Assembly: GCA_043228905.1 (NCBI GenBank)
Contig: JBHGNT010000011.1
Coordinates: 16,740,001-16,804,000 of the forward strand
Length of the DNA stretch: 64,000 nt
Origin: Azolla caroliniana
Taxonomy: Eukaryota > Plantae > Polypodiophyta
Reading direction: 5' to 3'
The notes under the pieces were generated by a model. It saw only the letters and a program-made list of their open reading frames with translations, was not told the DNA's origin and did not search any database. A program made the position numbers and the translations under genes. This document shows positions 24,206 through 37,779 of this stretch, one piece after another. How positions within the stretch are numbered: position 1 is the first letter of the stretch; each line of letters opens with the position of its first letter.

Positions 24206-27200
24206 ATGAGTTCATATGGTGGGGGTCAGACTCAGTTTAGGTATACTCAGACACCATCAAAGGTGTTGCATCTTCGTAATTTGCCATGGGAATGCAGTGA
24301 AGAAGAACTCATCGAGCTTTGCAAGCCTTTTGGTCGAATCATCAACACTAAATGCTGCGTGGGAACCAATCGCAATCAAGCCTTTGTGGAATTCGTATGT
24401 ACATATCAGTATTTGTTTGTGTGTATTCATTATTGACTTCCTCTTGGGTTATTTCATGTTTAGTCATCAAGCCTTTTGGAGTTCAATTCTATATTTGTAC
24501 CACTTGTATATATATATATATATATGTTGAATTGTGGAATTAAATGTGTACATCCTCATGTATATGTAAATATAGGCACACACACACACCCAGTGTTTTT
24601 GCAATGCAACTTGTTTACAATGTGTAAATGTAGATACATACACACACCCAGTGTTTTTGCAATTAATCTTGTTACAACCTGAATTGTGTAATAAGTGTGT
24701 GCATCCTCGTGTATATGTTTAAATATAGATACATACACACACCAATGTAAATTGGCAATGCAACTTGTTTACAATGTATTGTTAATTGATGCTTGCATAT
24801 AACCTCAAAATTGGACCTTTTTGTCCACTCTTTTCTTCTGGTTTCAAGCAATTGATTCGTTTGGAGTTCTTCTTAATATGAATGATTGCTTCGTTTTGTT
24901 GTCACATGCATTTGCTTTGATTATGCCAATGGCTTCTAAGCATCAATTGGTTCTAGTCATGTTGCTGCAGAGAAGCTTAAGGTTTTAAAGTGTTTCACGC
25001 ATAGATTGGTTTTATATTATATTTTTGGATTATTTAAGGTTGAATGGCATATCGTTTTCTTTATGATTTATGTATTTCTGCCAAATAATGTGTTGTATTT
25101 CTGTGTCCAGTGTGATCAAAATCAAGCCATAGCGATGGTTTCTTATTATGCATCATCATCGGAGCCAGCCCAGGTACGAGGAAAGACTGTCTATATTCAG
25201 TACTCGAACAGGCAAGAAATTGTGAACAATAAGAGCATGGGGGACATTGCGAGTAATGTTCTTTTGGTCACTATTGAGGGTGTAGAGGCTGGTGATGTCA
25301 GCATTGATGTCTTGCACTTGGTGAGTTTCAGATTTTATAACTTTTTGTCCTGGTCTTATCCATCAATCTATTAATCAAATCAAAACAGGGCAATTTGAGC
25401 CCAGAAGACCAACAATGCAGATTTGTTTAGAGCTGTGTAATATATGATCGCCTGGAAGTGGTAAATTGTTTGCAAGCCCACCCATCCTCATCCATGGCAT
25501 ATATATTAAAAATGAGAAGGCTTGGAATTTTTTTTTGATCTGGATTGTGTTGTGAATTTCAGCTTTATGCACAAAAATGATGTTATACTTGAGAATATGG
25601 ATCAACAGATTCATTCTAAAGGCGAGATTGGCAGACTACTACTATGTGGGAGAAAGCGCACATGTGTTTGTTTCATCCCCCCTTTCTTAACCATACTCTT
25701 CCATTGATAAGCTTGAGGGCTGAGATTGTTGTTTATTAATGTCAATATTCACTACACTTAAATATAAGACTATAGATTATCTAGCTAAGTGTGTTTCTTT
25801 TTTAGTTTTGGCTGGTTTTAACCCCTTTCGTTCATGTCCACATTTTGTGTCACATGCGTATACTCCATGCATGTTTATTTAAACCTAACCTTTTTTAGTA
25901 AAACCAAGTTTCCAAACCCTCAGTTTTTCTTCTTCAGGTCTTTTCAGCATTTGGCTTCGTACACAAAATCGCAACTTTTGAGAAGACTGCAGGATTTCAG
26001 GTGGCATTTTCTTCATGCATTTGGTGTGTTATGGTGCCAGTCTATGTAAAGTAATCAGGTTAAATATTCTTCATTAACAAGTAGAGAGATTAGAGACCAA
26101 CACTCAACCCCAACAAGAAAACCATAAGATGAAGTAAAAGTAATCATAATACTCCACACGTAGACCTATTGAACATAGATGCATCTTTTTCTGCACCTAG
26201 GAGTGTCTTGCACTGTGCTTTTGGTTGGTTAAGGATGTGCACATATGTATCTCAAGTAAATGTTAATATTAGAATGGATATGACGGTTTGATTTCTGATA
26301 TTAATGTATTGTGCAGGCGCTTGTTCAATTTTCTGATGCAGATACAGCTTCAGGGGCAAGGTCAGCGTTGGATGGCAGAAGTATACCGAGGTAACTACAA
26401 TCCGATGCTTATTATGTTAACTAGCTATATTTGAATGGGCAATTAAGTAAATATTGTGTATCTGGTTTCAGGTATTTATTACCAGATCATGTTGGGTCTT
26501 GCAGCCTTCGAATTTCGTTCTCTGCACATACTGATCTAAATGTAAAATTCCAAAGCCACAGAAGCAGGTATGGGATTGCAATGCTATAGTATTATGTGTA
26601 TCCCAATGCTCAATTTACCTTCATGTTATAATTATTGAAATTTAATCTATGCAGAGATTACACAAATCCCCTTTTACCCTTGACACCTTCAGCTATAGAT
26701 GGAAGCCAGGTAGTGATTGAGAAGTTAGTTTGCTATTGGTTGTAATTACAATAATTATCATTCATTTATATTTCCATTTCAGAGTCATACTGATTGTAGG
26801 TATGAATATTTTGGGTAGCCCATATGATGGCATTTGTGGCATTACAATGAATGCAATAGATGTGCATAGTACATTGTAATATATTGAGTGGCTCATATTA
26901 TGGCATGCATAGCATTAGTAAGTAATGCAATATATTATGCATAAATAGATCTGAAATCATGATGATGATTTTCTACTTAAATCTGAAGCATGCAAATTTC
27001 CTGATGAATTGATATCATGTTTTCTTCTTCCTTCTATTGAATGTTATGTTATTGTTTGGCTTCTGTAGTTTGTTGTAGGGCCAGATGGAAAGAAGAAAGA
27101 GGCAGAAAGTAATGTGCTTCTTGCATCTATAGAGAACATGCAATATGATGTGACAATCGAAGTATTGCAAACGGTTGGTTGAGAGATATGGTTTGGTTTC

Positions 27201-27895
27201 CTTTTTATCATGCACTCAACTTGGTACATTTTTTTTTCTAACAACTGTGGTAGCAGATTTTCGCTGCATTTGGAACTGTGCAGAAAATTGCAATGTTCGA
27301 GAAGAATGCTGGGCTGCAAGCTTTGGTTCAATATGATGGTAGGTTTCAGACCCTGTGTTTCTTGTTGGTTATGAAGCTTTTGATGTATTTTGACATAGCA
27401 TAATGTATTCTGTGGTGCCCTGGAAAGATATTGCGACTGCAGTTGCAGCAAAAGAAGCATTAGAAGGCCATTGCATATATGAAGGTGGCTACTGCAAGCT
27501 CCATATATCATACTCACGCCATACAGATCTAAATGTGAAGGTGACTGTTTTTTTTTCATTTCTGATACTTTCACCACGATGGTCATAAATATTTTAACAC
27601 CTTATCTAGCTCTGAATAGAATAGGTGTTAAAATAGGCAAAATATAAATTTGAAGCAGGCACAGTAGTTTTGTCCATTTTAGCACTTAGTTATTGCGTTT
27701 CAGGTTTTGTTGAAATCCTCTTTAATTCGTGGGCTTTTTTTTATTCTCCAGGGAAATACCGACAGGAGTAGAGATTACACACTACCAAGTGTACCATCTC
27801 TCCTTGGGCAGCAACCATATACAAGCACTGGTGTCAATCAATCCTATGAGAATGTTCCTCTGTATGAACCACCTGAAAGATTATCAGGTCATTAG
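24206..27895 (+). CDS. PTB: Polypyrimidine tract-binding protein, plant PTB1/PTB2 type (3 RRMs)
   Basis: Exons 24206-24394, 25111-25320, 25938-26000, 26317-26390, 26472-26567, 26655-26709, 27069-27173, 27257-27338, 27428-27540, 27752-27895. Motifs QFRYTQTPSKVLHLRNLPWEC, DLNVKFQSHRSRDYTNP, ALEGHCIYEGGYCKL. 5' UTR intron donor at about 24032. Confidence 0.95.
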
Positions 27896-28689
27896 AGAGC
27901 TAAAAAGGGTATACTCGCCTCAGCCTCAAGCAATACCTTGCCTTGCCAATATTTTTGTGGGTCGGAATCATAATTTTTTAGTCTAGAGAATGAATATGTG
28001 TGTTTTTTACGAAGAGGCAAGCGTTAGCTTTGTATCTATCCATCTGCAAACAGACTGGAGAAATTCCAAGTGTTCTATGAAAATAAGGAAAATTATATCT
28101 TAAGAGTTTCATTCAAATGCAGTGGATGTGTATCTCTATGATTTTTAGTGTTTTTCACAGATGTCTGAATAATGTCGGCTTGTTGCAATGGGTGATAAAA
28201 AAAGGTGTTACAGGAGAGATTCGTCTCTGCCCGTGGCAGAGGGTGTAGATACCTATGACTCGGTATATTTTGTGAAGGCGACAAACACCTATGCTCAAGT
28301 AAATAGAATGCATGTGTCCCTAAGACAGATAGTGGTTTAACTAAACAATGTTGGAGTTAATTATGGTTGAATCATGAAGTCACTGGTTTTATACATGGAT
28401 GTGAGTGCATTATGTAAAAGAAATTGAATAATTGAATGAACTTTTTCACATCCCATGCTGTATAGCCCTCAACTGTGGGCATGAATATATGTAGGTGTAC
28501 ACTTGGGATACAAATTGAAGATAGAAATGAACAATTCAAATTACTCTGAAATATGTAGGTTCTTGATACAAGCATGGCATGAAATACAAGGTGCAAACTC
28601 TTAATGAAATTTGGTTCCTTTGGCCTGTTTCCAATATGAAATTGTCTACTAGATTCCTTATTCTAGAATGTGTGTTAGATCATGAGAGA

Positions 28690-29620
28690 GAGAGAGAGAG
28701 AGAAGAAAGAAGAAATATATATTAACGTCTTTTAAGAGGCCAAAATGGCCTATAAGACCAAACAAGAGATTACATCTTAAGTGTTGTCTTGTCTTTGAGA
28801 ACAACAAATCAAATTAAAATAAGTATTACTCTGGAAATATAAGAGTATATAAGATAAACAATAAATAGACAAGGGAATTTGGTTTTTTGCACATGTGAGA
28901 TTTTTAAGTTAGATATATTGCAATTTTTGCCTTCGAAAGATCTCTAGCATAGGTCGATCCAAAATGGAGAGGTCTTTGAAGCGAGAGAAGCACTTGCGAT
29001 GGTGGGAGATAATGGCCTTTATCTTTCGATGACAAGGGTGTTGAGGAGGCCGTCCATGGGGTTGGGGCCTACTTGCATGACAAATTGCTATTGCCCGATC
29101 AATTGTAATCCCTTTGTTATGTTCTGGTTGGGAGCCCATTCGTGTATCCCTTGATTGACTTGTAGCATTAGCAGGAGTAATGGGGCTAAAGAAAGTTGTG
29201 ATTGTTCTTTGTGGATGAGCTTGTGTGGCTGTATTCTTCAACAACTTTTCCTGATGTCTCTTTCAGCTCTAGCAAGAAAAGTCCTAGGCACCGTTGGTCC
29301 TCATATATCCATTACCTTACGTAGCGGGCCAAAGCCTTGTTTAAAGAGGCAATGGTATCTGCCTCCAATTTCATAAAAGACACTACAGTGACAAACATAG
29401 TAGTTCTTCGGATTCCACTCCTTGATGACACAATTGGCAGATTCTTTCGTCTAGAGGTATTCGTGTGTATAGATATTTGCCCGACTCAATCTATAACTGA
29501 TGTGACGAAGTTCGCAACTGCCCTATCACACACACGGCGCAACGCATAGGATAGATGGTATGTCCATATAGAAGGTGGCTTGATGATGAATCCATCCTCC
29601 AATGTGTGTAGAAGTGGTCT
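28690..29620 (-). mobile_element. LINE 3' fragment (subfamily B) ending in a GA/CT microsatellite
   Basis: GQLRTSSHQL...ERICQLCHQGVES zinc finger; terminal motif shared with 47245-47670 and family A. Confidence 0.75.
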
Positions 29621-30186
29621 TATAGCGGGCCATCTTCGTAGCAAGCGATATTATTGGGGCTGATCCATGTTATATATTGTTTCCCAAAATATGAAACATG
29701 GCAAAAGGGCAGTTTGTTGGTATTGTAATGTATTGTATTATTGTTATGAGGAAAGAAAGAGAATGGGTATGGATGTATGCATTCGCGAATGTTTTCAATC
29801 ATTCTCGTAAGAAAAGCACCCTCGAAGAATGATAAATACCATACTTTTGGATTAACTATTTATTATGTGGTAAATAAGCCTAAAAATGGAGAAAAAAAAA
29901 CAAGAAAAAACATTTAAAAAATGGGAAAAAAAAACACAAGAATGTTTCTAACGTATGAAAACGAATGTTATGCTAGACGAACACGAATTTTAGAGAGAGA
30001 GAGAGAGACCATTGGAGCTTTTTATATGACCACCCCTACCTCTGTGTAATTTAAAAAAGAGAGAGAGAGACAGAGCAGCAGCACCATAGCCGATCTGGCT
30101 CTCAGCCCCTGCTTCGCAAACCTTATTGCGACCTGCACTCAAAGTATAAGTAGACGAAGGAGAAAAAGAACACAAGCCTGCTACTG

Positions 30187-32319
30187 ATGGACAGCCGGGC
30201 AATCAATGTAACTCGGATACTGACGGGAGAGAGAACCATGCTTAACACAGGGGCCTCCATTCCATTGCTAGGTATGGGAACAAGCAAAAGAAGCTCTGAT
30301 TCTTCTGCAACTTACCAAGACAAGAAAGAAGCCATCCTCACAGCCATCAAGGCGAGTCATTTCATTCACTCGCTCATTCTCTTTCTTCATCATCATCTCA
30401 CTCCATCACCCGCCATCACCATGACAGCATGACCATCATCATCATCATTGCTCACCATCACCATCACCAGAACTATCCATGTGAACGCTTGGGTTTTCAT
30501 TCATTTATTTATTTTGTTTGTTAATTTTGTAAAAACAGGTTGGTTACAGACACTTTGATTGTGCCCCAGTTTATGAGAGCGAGGAGTTTGTTGGGGCAGC
30601 TGTGCAGGAGGCAATCTGTTCAGGACTAGTGGAGAGAGAGGAGCTGTTTATCACCACTAAGCTTCACTTCACCGACTCATGGCCTGAGGGAGTCCTTCCA
30701 GCCATCCACACATCCCTAAGGTATATATATATATATATATATAGATATGAAGTTTAGTTCATTCGCAGAAAGTTCTAGAGCTGATGTCAAGGAATGCATA
30801 TATAAGTATATAATTCAGTGGGTGTTTCTTGCAAGTATGTATATATGTATATTTGTATATGTACACATTTTTAATGGAAATCCTCTGCCAGATTTCTCGC
30901 GATTCTTAATGCCAAGAATTCTTGTCCGAACAGAAATTGGATTCGATTCCTCATCAATCAAAAGAAATTGATTGAGTAGATATATTAAATCATTCCTCAT
31001 TTGTGAGTAAATTTGTAGGATGTGGAACTTGCTTCATTGTGTATTTATATATAGGTATGAATTTACGTAAGCTTGGTTTTGCTTGGTTTTGTTGACCATG
31101 ACTTTAGCACATTCACGTTGATTGGTCATATTTTTGCAGGAAGTTGAAATTAGATTATGTAGACCTTTACCTGATCCATTTTCCAGCTAGACTGAAGAAA
31201 GGAGACGCTCGCCTTCTAACGGCTGAGGAAGTATTACCTCTTGATCTCCAGGGAACGTGGACAGCCCTGGAAGGCTGTGTGGAGCAAGGCCTTACCAAGG
31301 CCATCGGTGTCTGCAACTTCTCATCGAAGAAGATTGCAGATTTGCTCACCATTGCTAAGATACCACCAGCTGTAAACCAGGTAAACCAAGCACGATGAAA
31401 TAATTTTTTTAATTCATCTTTAGTTTTCTATGTTTGTATTACGGGAAGAAACTCTGAAAATACCCTGATTTATCTGGTCCTTACTAATGGAGAGCACTTA
31501 GGAGTTTGCGAAACTCTCCACAACACCTCTATGTAGTAGTAAAGTTTGTATTACAGAGGGTATTCTGGTAAACAGTGGAAATTTTATGAGTATTCTAGTA
31601 AATTCCCAGAGAGTTCATTCTATTTTGGTACTTTCTCCTTCTCCTAGTTCTGTTAGAGAACCACCATTTTGAGCATTATACCAGTTTTTCATTTTTGTAT
31701 AGCATCTTATCACCAGTCACCGTTATTTCTCCTTTGGTCTCATTGTTTCTGAGTAATTGAAAACGGTATTCAGATCATTTGAAGAAATCCCATTGATTTG
31801 GGGAATGGACTGATGCCCTTTTTAACAGATCCCGTCTATAAATTCATGGAAATGGGTCTGCGAGGACATATTTTAGGTGTGCTATGCAATAATGTGATAG
31901 TTCCTAAACAAAATTTGGTGCATTTTTACATGTATTCATTTCTCAAATTGTGGTGTTATTGTGTTAAAATCAGGTGGAAATGCATACAAAATGGCAACAA
32001 AAAAGATTGAGGGAGGTCTGCAAAAAAGCTAATGTTCAGATTACTGCATTTTCTCCATTAGGGTCCCCTCTGAGGCGCAATGGCTCTATTTTGGTATTGG
32101 AAGATCCAATCATCACAGACATAGCAACCAAATATGGCAAGACTACAGCTCAGGTACCCATGATTCTCTGTAATTTTTCAATGGCGCGAAATGTACCTCT
32201 TTTCCTGGTATTCATTTTGTGTGTTCAACTGACCCTGCCTGCTGGCCTTGTTTGTTAGAAAGGGAAATCTGGAGTTAAATCCGGAGATGAACTTAATTAG
32301 GGGTGAGGGGAAACTATGA

Positions 32320-32358
<39 letters not shown>

Positions 32359-33806
32359 GATGCAGCATTTATAACATATATACACACACGGTGGATCAGA
32401 GTGACAGTGGATTAAATAGAGATAATCTAGACCTTATCATCTCAGTGCAATTCGTGAAAGCTATGATGATATAGTAAGAGGGGGTGACGACTTGAGTATC
32501 ATACTAAAGATAACACTTAGAAGGTTGAGCTCATATGTGTATGCCTTATTCGCACACCGAGACTTGGTGCTTCAAAGTATGAATATCCCTTCTTAGGAAG
32601 GAGGCAGGGTCCTAGCTCTCTCTATTGACAAATAGATAGTTTGGCACCTCTTCTATGAGGTTTTCTATCTTAATCCTCCCTACGTGGGCCCACATTTCTG
32701 TGGTCACATACAAATCTTCTATCTTGATCCAAATATAAGACAAAGAAAAACATAGTATTCAAAAGGGAAATCAACTGCAAGTTACAAATCTTCTATGTAC
32801 TGAGAAGCCATTGTGGAAATCAACTGCAAGTTGTGATGGTTGTGATTGGGTTTCCAATGAGGGTTGGAAACATGGTTGTAACAAACAAAAACATAGTTCT
32901 ATTAATTCATTAGAGGCACATTAGCTGATTAATCGATTCAATAGTGATACATCTCTTCGATTAATTGATGCATTAATGGATATTGTGCTATTAGTCGTTC
33001 CATTAAGGTCACATTACATAATTGATCAATGCCTATTTCATAGTTACCATCCAAATGCTGATATTTACTTACAGAGAAGACTTCTTAAATTGACTCTTGA
33101 CATTAATCAAGAAAAAAGTGTGGCATTTTGGCCCATACAACAATAAACAGTTAGTAGTATATTGGCTAATGCATAAAACAGTCAGTGGCATTTCTGGCAA
33201 AGCAGCGAAAAGACTGGCATTTTGAACAATTTTCTTTAAATATACAAATAAAATACACATGTGCACACTCCACAACTTTATATTGCAAGTGTTCCATGTT
33301 CTATTTCTTACATTAAGAGCACTGCCAATATAAAGTTGCATAAAGTGTATGTGTGTATATATATTACATACATTCACTCTCTGTCTCTGTCTCTCACTGC
33401 CTGTCTGTCTGTCTGTCTCTTCATGGGCCAATTTTGGTCTTAGAAAACATTAATCTCTCTCTCTCTTTCTCCCTCTCTCTCTGCAACTTTATATTGCAAG
33501 TGCTCCATATTATATTTGTTCCATTAACTTTGAAAAGTTGCATGAAATTAGGTATTTTAATAATTCATTTATGTTTCTCAGATTGTGTTAAGATGGGCGT
33601 TAGATAAAGGAGTGTGTGTCATCCCGAAGAGTTACAATGAAGAAAGGATGATCGAGAACATGCAAGTGTTTGGTTGGAGCCTTACCAAGAAAGATCATGA
33701 GAGGATTGAACAAATTGAGCAAAAGAAGAACATGAGTGCTAGTTTCTTTTGCACTACAAATGGCCCATTCAAGACGGTTGAAGAGTTTTGGGATGGAGAG
33801 ATCTAG
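30187..33806 (+). CDS. Aldo-keto reductase, AKR4-like
   Basis: Exons 30187-30351, 30539-30720, 31140-31380, 31974-32153, 33582-33806. Catalytic tetrad present (GYRHFDCAPVY, FITTKL, DLYLIHFP); also AIGVCNF, PAVNQVE, VIPKS. Intron 1 is GC-AG. Confidence 0.95.
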
Positions 33807-34975
33807 ACAGAGGCCTCAAACTCACTGATGTAATGAGGATTTTGTCTTTGAGTCATGATAAACGCTTGCAAATTCTTGGTCTCAAACAGCACAATAATTT
33901 GAGACATTCATATTTCACATTTTCGGTGTGACCTTTGATTGAGAAAATTGTCAAATTTGCAAGTAAGAGACCTTTGTGTTTCCTTCTAAATGTAAATAAG
34001 AGACATTTGTCAAAGAAAGTAACCTTCTGGACAAACAGATCCAAGAAAGGAATTCTTTGTTGATCTGAAGGCCATTCCTAGCATATAAAAGGAATTTGGA
34101 ACTTGTCCAAAGGGTTTAGTTGCCCTTATAATGATGCATGACAACATAATTGGGTTGCATCATACTTAATTATTTTGAAGGAACCTTTCTGTAATTATCA
34201 ATAATATAAAATATACCAAAGGCACAATGAAAATGTTCCTGATCTTTTTTTATCAGAATATGGTACTTCTTTCTGGTTATATCTAAAGAGCACAAAAAGA
34301 GATACAACGTATATTAAGAGACGTTGTTATATCTACTATCTAACAAATTAGAATAGCACTTATTTTTCCAATATATTAGGTGTCCATGTCAAGATATTCT
34401 TGAGGAATGGAAGAACGCACTCTATAGAATTTGTAGGAATCTTTTGATTTAAATGTATAGCAACTCCTAATTGCTTACTCTTCCATTTACATAACAATTT
34501 TCTTATAGCATAATTACTACACAAAACTCAGTCCATTTTTATTGGTTTGCATATATTAATAACCATTCTCAAAATTGCCTGACTTTCGAGTTTCTCCAAC
34601 AAAAACATAATAGCAAAGTACAGTTTGTTGGGATCGAACAAGAACAATGCTCAACACGAGTATGAAGTCTTGTTAATCAAGTTACCGTAACATGGTTCTT
34701 GTTTGATAGACATTTATTTGTCAATTTACTGTAGTATATAGAGAAGATAATACGATTATGTTGTAAATTCATCAAATAGCTTGGTTTATGTACAAATTTA
34801 ACATATAAAGAGAATTAAATTTACGTCTTGCCATAATGAGATGCGTGGGATAGATGCACTAATATTTACAGCTAGAAAAAAGAAATAACTTGAATATCAG
34901 GATGAGATGAATTGCATATGATTTACCACGTTTTTTTTCTGACATGGTAACATGCAAAATGTTCGCAAGGGTAAG

Positions 34976-37779
34976 TTAGTCGAAATCTTCAATCAATTGG
35001 TTTTTTATCTGTTGTGAGTGATGGTGGAAACGAACGACGAGACAACTGATGTTATCAGCACTTCCCCTATTGAATGCCGTCTCTGTCAAGCTCTTGGCTG
35101 CATCCATGGCATCTGAAATAGATTCTACTATTGACACAGCATCCTGAATCACATACATTAATATATATATACACGTCATATAAATAACAAACAGATAAAT
35201 AATAATAATATATGCATACAAAATATAAATACAAATATGAACAGAAATAGAAATTATTACATAAAAGAACACATCTTTAGCCGATTAGGCTGGATAGTTT
35301 ATCTAAGGGTTTATTGATATATAACAGGTTTAATCAATCCTACTTGCATTTTCCTTTCATATTTTTAGTCTTCCTACACTCTCTAACATATGCATTTCCC
35401 CTTTCTTGGGAAGAAAACAAGTTTTTTTCTACATGCGCAAATGAATGAAATACTAACCTCATTTGTAACAACATCCCAAACACCATCACTAGCAATGACC
35501 AGAAATTCAACCTGCTCGGTTATTTGTCGTTCCTGGCAACACACAATGGAAACTCTAAAAATCCACACGTGCAGAATTACTGCCTCTTTACGTCACTTAA
35601 ATTTTCATAACATTCCCAAGAGCTACTGAATGATGCTACTTAACTTCAGCATATCAAAAGCCTAAATACTACTAGAATATAAGTTTGGGCCAAGATTCTA
35701 ACTCAGATTGTCATAATAGGTTTACCAAATATTTTTAAACAGGATGAGAGACATGTTTATAATGGCTAATTATTAACTTTATATTCTTTGAGGTGAATGA
35801 TATCACAATGAGCAAGCTAGATTGAAAAGTGATAGATCACCTGAATCTCAGGGTCAGCTACAACAAACTGCTTTAATAATCTATCACCAAAGGCTCTTGA
35901 CAATGCAAGTACGCCACCCACTCGCCAAGTACCTAGAGTAAGATATAAGACATCAACCTGCACGTAAAATCATATTGTAGAAATGAAACTGCAGAAGGTC
36001 CATACGCTAACCTCCCCATAATATTATGCCTCCAGCATCTTCAATACGCTTGCGCTCATCTCGCCTGTCTGGCTTGTGGTCATTTGACAGAGGGACCGCT
36101 GCAACAGTAGTGCAGGATGTTGTAGTATACTTAAATTGCTTCTGATAGTTATATATGATAACAAAACAGATGAAATACCAACCAAATTTAAATAATGATC
36201 GTTTCAGCTACTTCAATATTCAAGATCCACATATACACACACAAATGCTAGAGACATCAATTAACAATACTACTTTTCTTTCAAGACGATCACAATATAA
36301 ACAGGTTTTAACACGATAATGTCAAACTTAGGAATCTCACTGATAAGCTGGTTGAGGAATGGAAACATGACAAACACAATGAGAGGGAAGCTGACAGGGG
36401 AAATGAGGGAGGAGAGCAGAGCATGTCGTGACAGGAGCTAAGCCACCAATCCATGGGCGTACTTTTGACTGTGTCTCTAAAATACAGTTCAATGTAGATA
36501 CTGAACATGAGGAAGAAATTATGGAAATTATGGAAAAGAAAAAGATTAATATTTCTTGTTAAATTCAGGTTGGAATATGTTCCACTGCTTGTGCAGGCCC
36601 CTGTCAATTCCCTTGAGTTTCGGACTTGCTACTGTACTCTCCAGGCGGACTCTTTAACGCTCTTATGGATTGAGTTCAATTCTTCACATATGTTCTACTT
36701 ATTTATTGAAGATTTAGTATCAGGCTCTTCCATTGAGATTTCCATGCCATTCCATGCATACATGGGCAAAAGTTCCTAAATGTGTAGTTTCACATGTACA
36801 TCCTACCCCTATACCTCAAAATACAGGCACTTGTATCCCCATCCTGCAAACCAAATACAGGAAAACCAATGATGTGTCACAAACTTCCAAACACTAGACA
36901 TTGAGCAGAGGTTTATCCTCTGGTACAATCAACATGTATCTGTATATGTACATACATATACATGAGTTGTGCAAATGTATCTATGCCCACCTGCTCCACC
37001 CAGTGATATTACAGCTCTAGAGTCTCCAACATTAGCTACAAGTAGACGATCTCCTACAATGATTGCTGTTGAAGCAGTTGAACCAGCATCATGACTCTGA
37101 GTTGTAGAGGCTTGCAAATACTCCAAGTCTGTCTTCTTAAAAGTCTCCTCTGTCAATACAAAGTTTAACATCAATAATTACATAAAAATGCAAATTTAAC
37201 AATGTCAAGACAAAAATGAATAAAAGATGATCAAACCTATTGCAATGTGGGTGTCAGTAACAAACTTGGGATGCTTGATTAAGTTTTCAAAGAGTTTATG
37301 CTTCACATATTTTGCTGCATCTGCTCCAGCATGACCTGGTTACCAAAATAGAATTCTTTGCCACATCCTTAATTAAGACAGGTAAAAACACATGCATATG
37401 AATAGTTATTTACCATCAAACACACCAAACAATCCAATCACTTGGCCATCAACTTCCGAAATCTTGGCATAGACGAAATCCTCCATTGAATTTCTTAAGC
37501 CTTTCAGACTGGAGTATCCAAAGCTAACTTTCCCGTCATTACTAGAGCACACAAACCCCACAAACAGAGATACATGAGTAGGAGAAATATAGCCACTAGT
37601 GACCTGGTATTCCAGATATTATACATGATTTTTGTAGTTCCTAAACAAGATGAAAAAATTTACCTTTGTACTGCAGAAAGCTATATAGAAGGATAAAAGA
37701 GGATATTACTGGTAATGAGACGGTACCTAAAACCACCACCATGACTGTCAAATGTTTCTTGCATGATCCTTTTATGCAT
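34976..37779 (-). CDS. PP2C: Protein phosphatase 2C (clade F-like); N-terminus uncertain
   Basis: Exons 37779-37727, 37541-37414, 37335-37237, 37149-36991, 36098-36012, 35932-35841, 35532-35458, 35143-34976. Motifs [46 protein letters not shown]. Confidence 0.93.
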
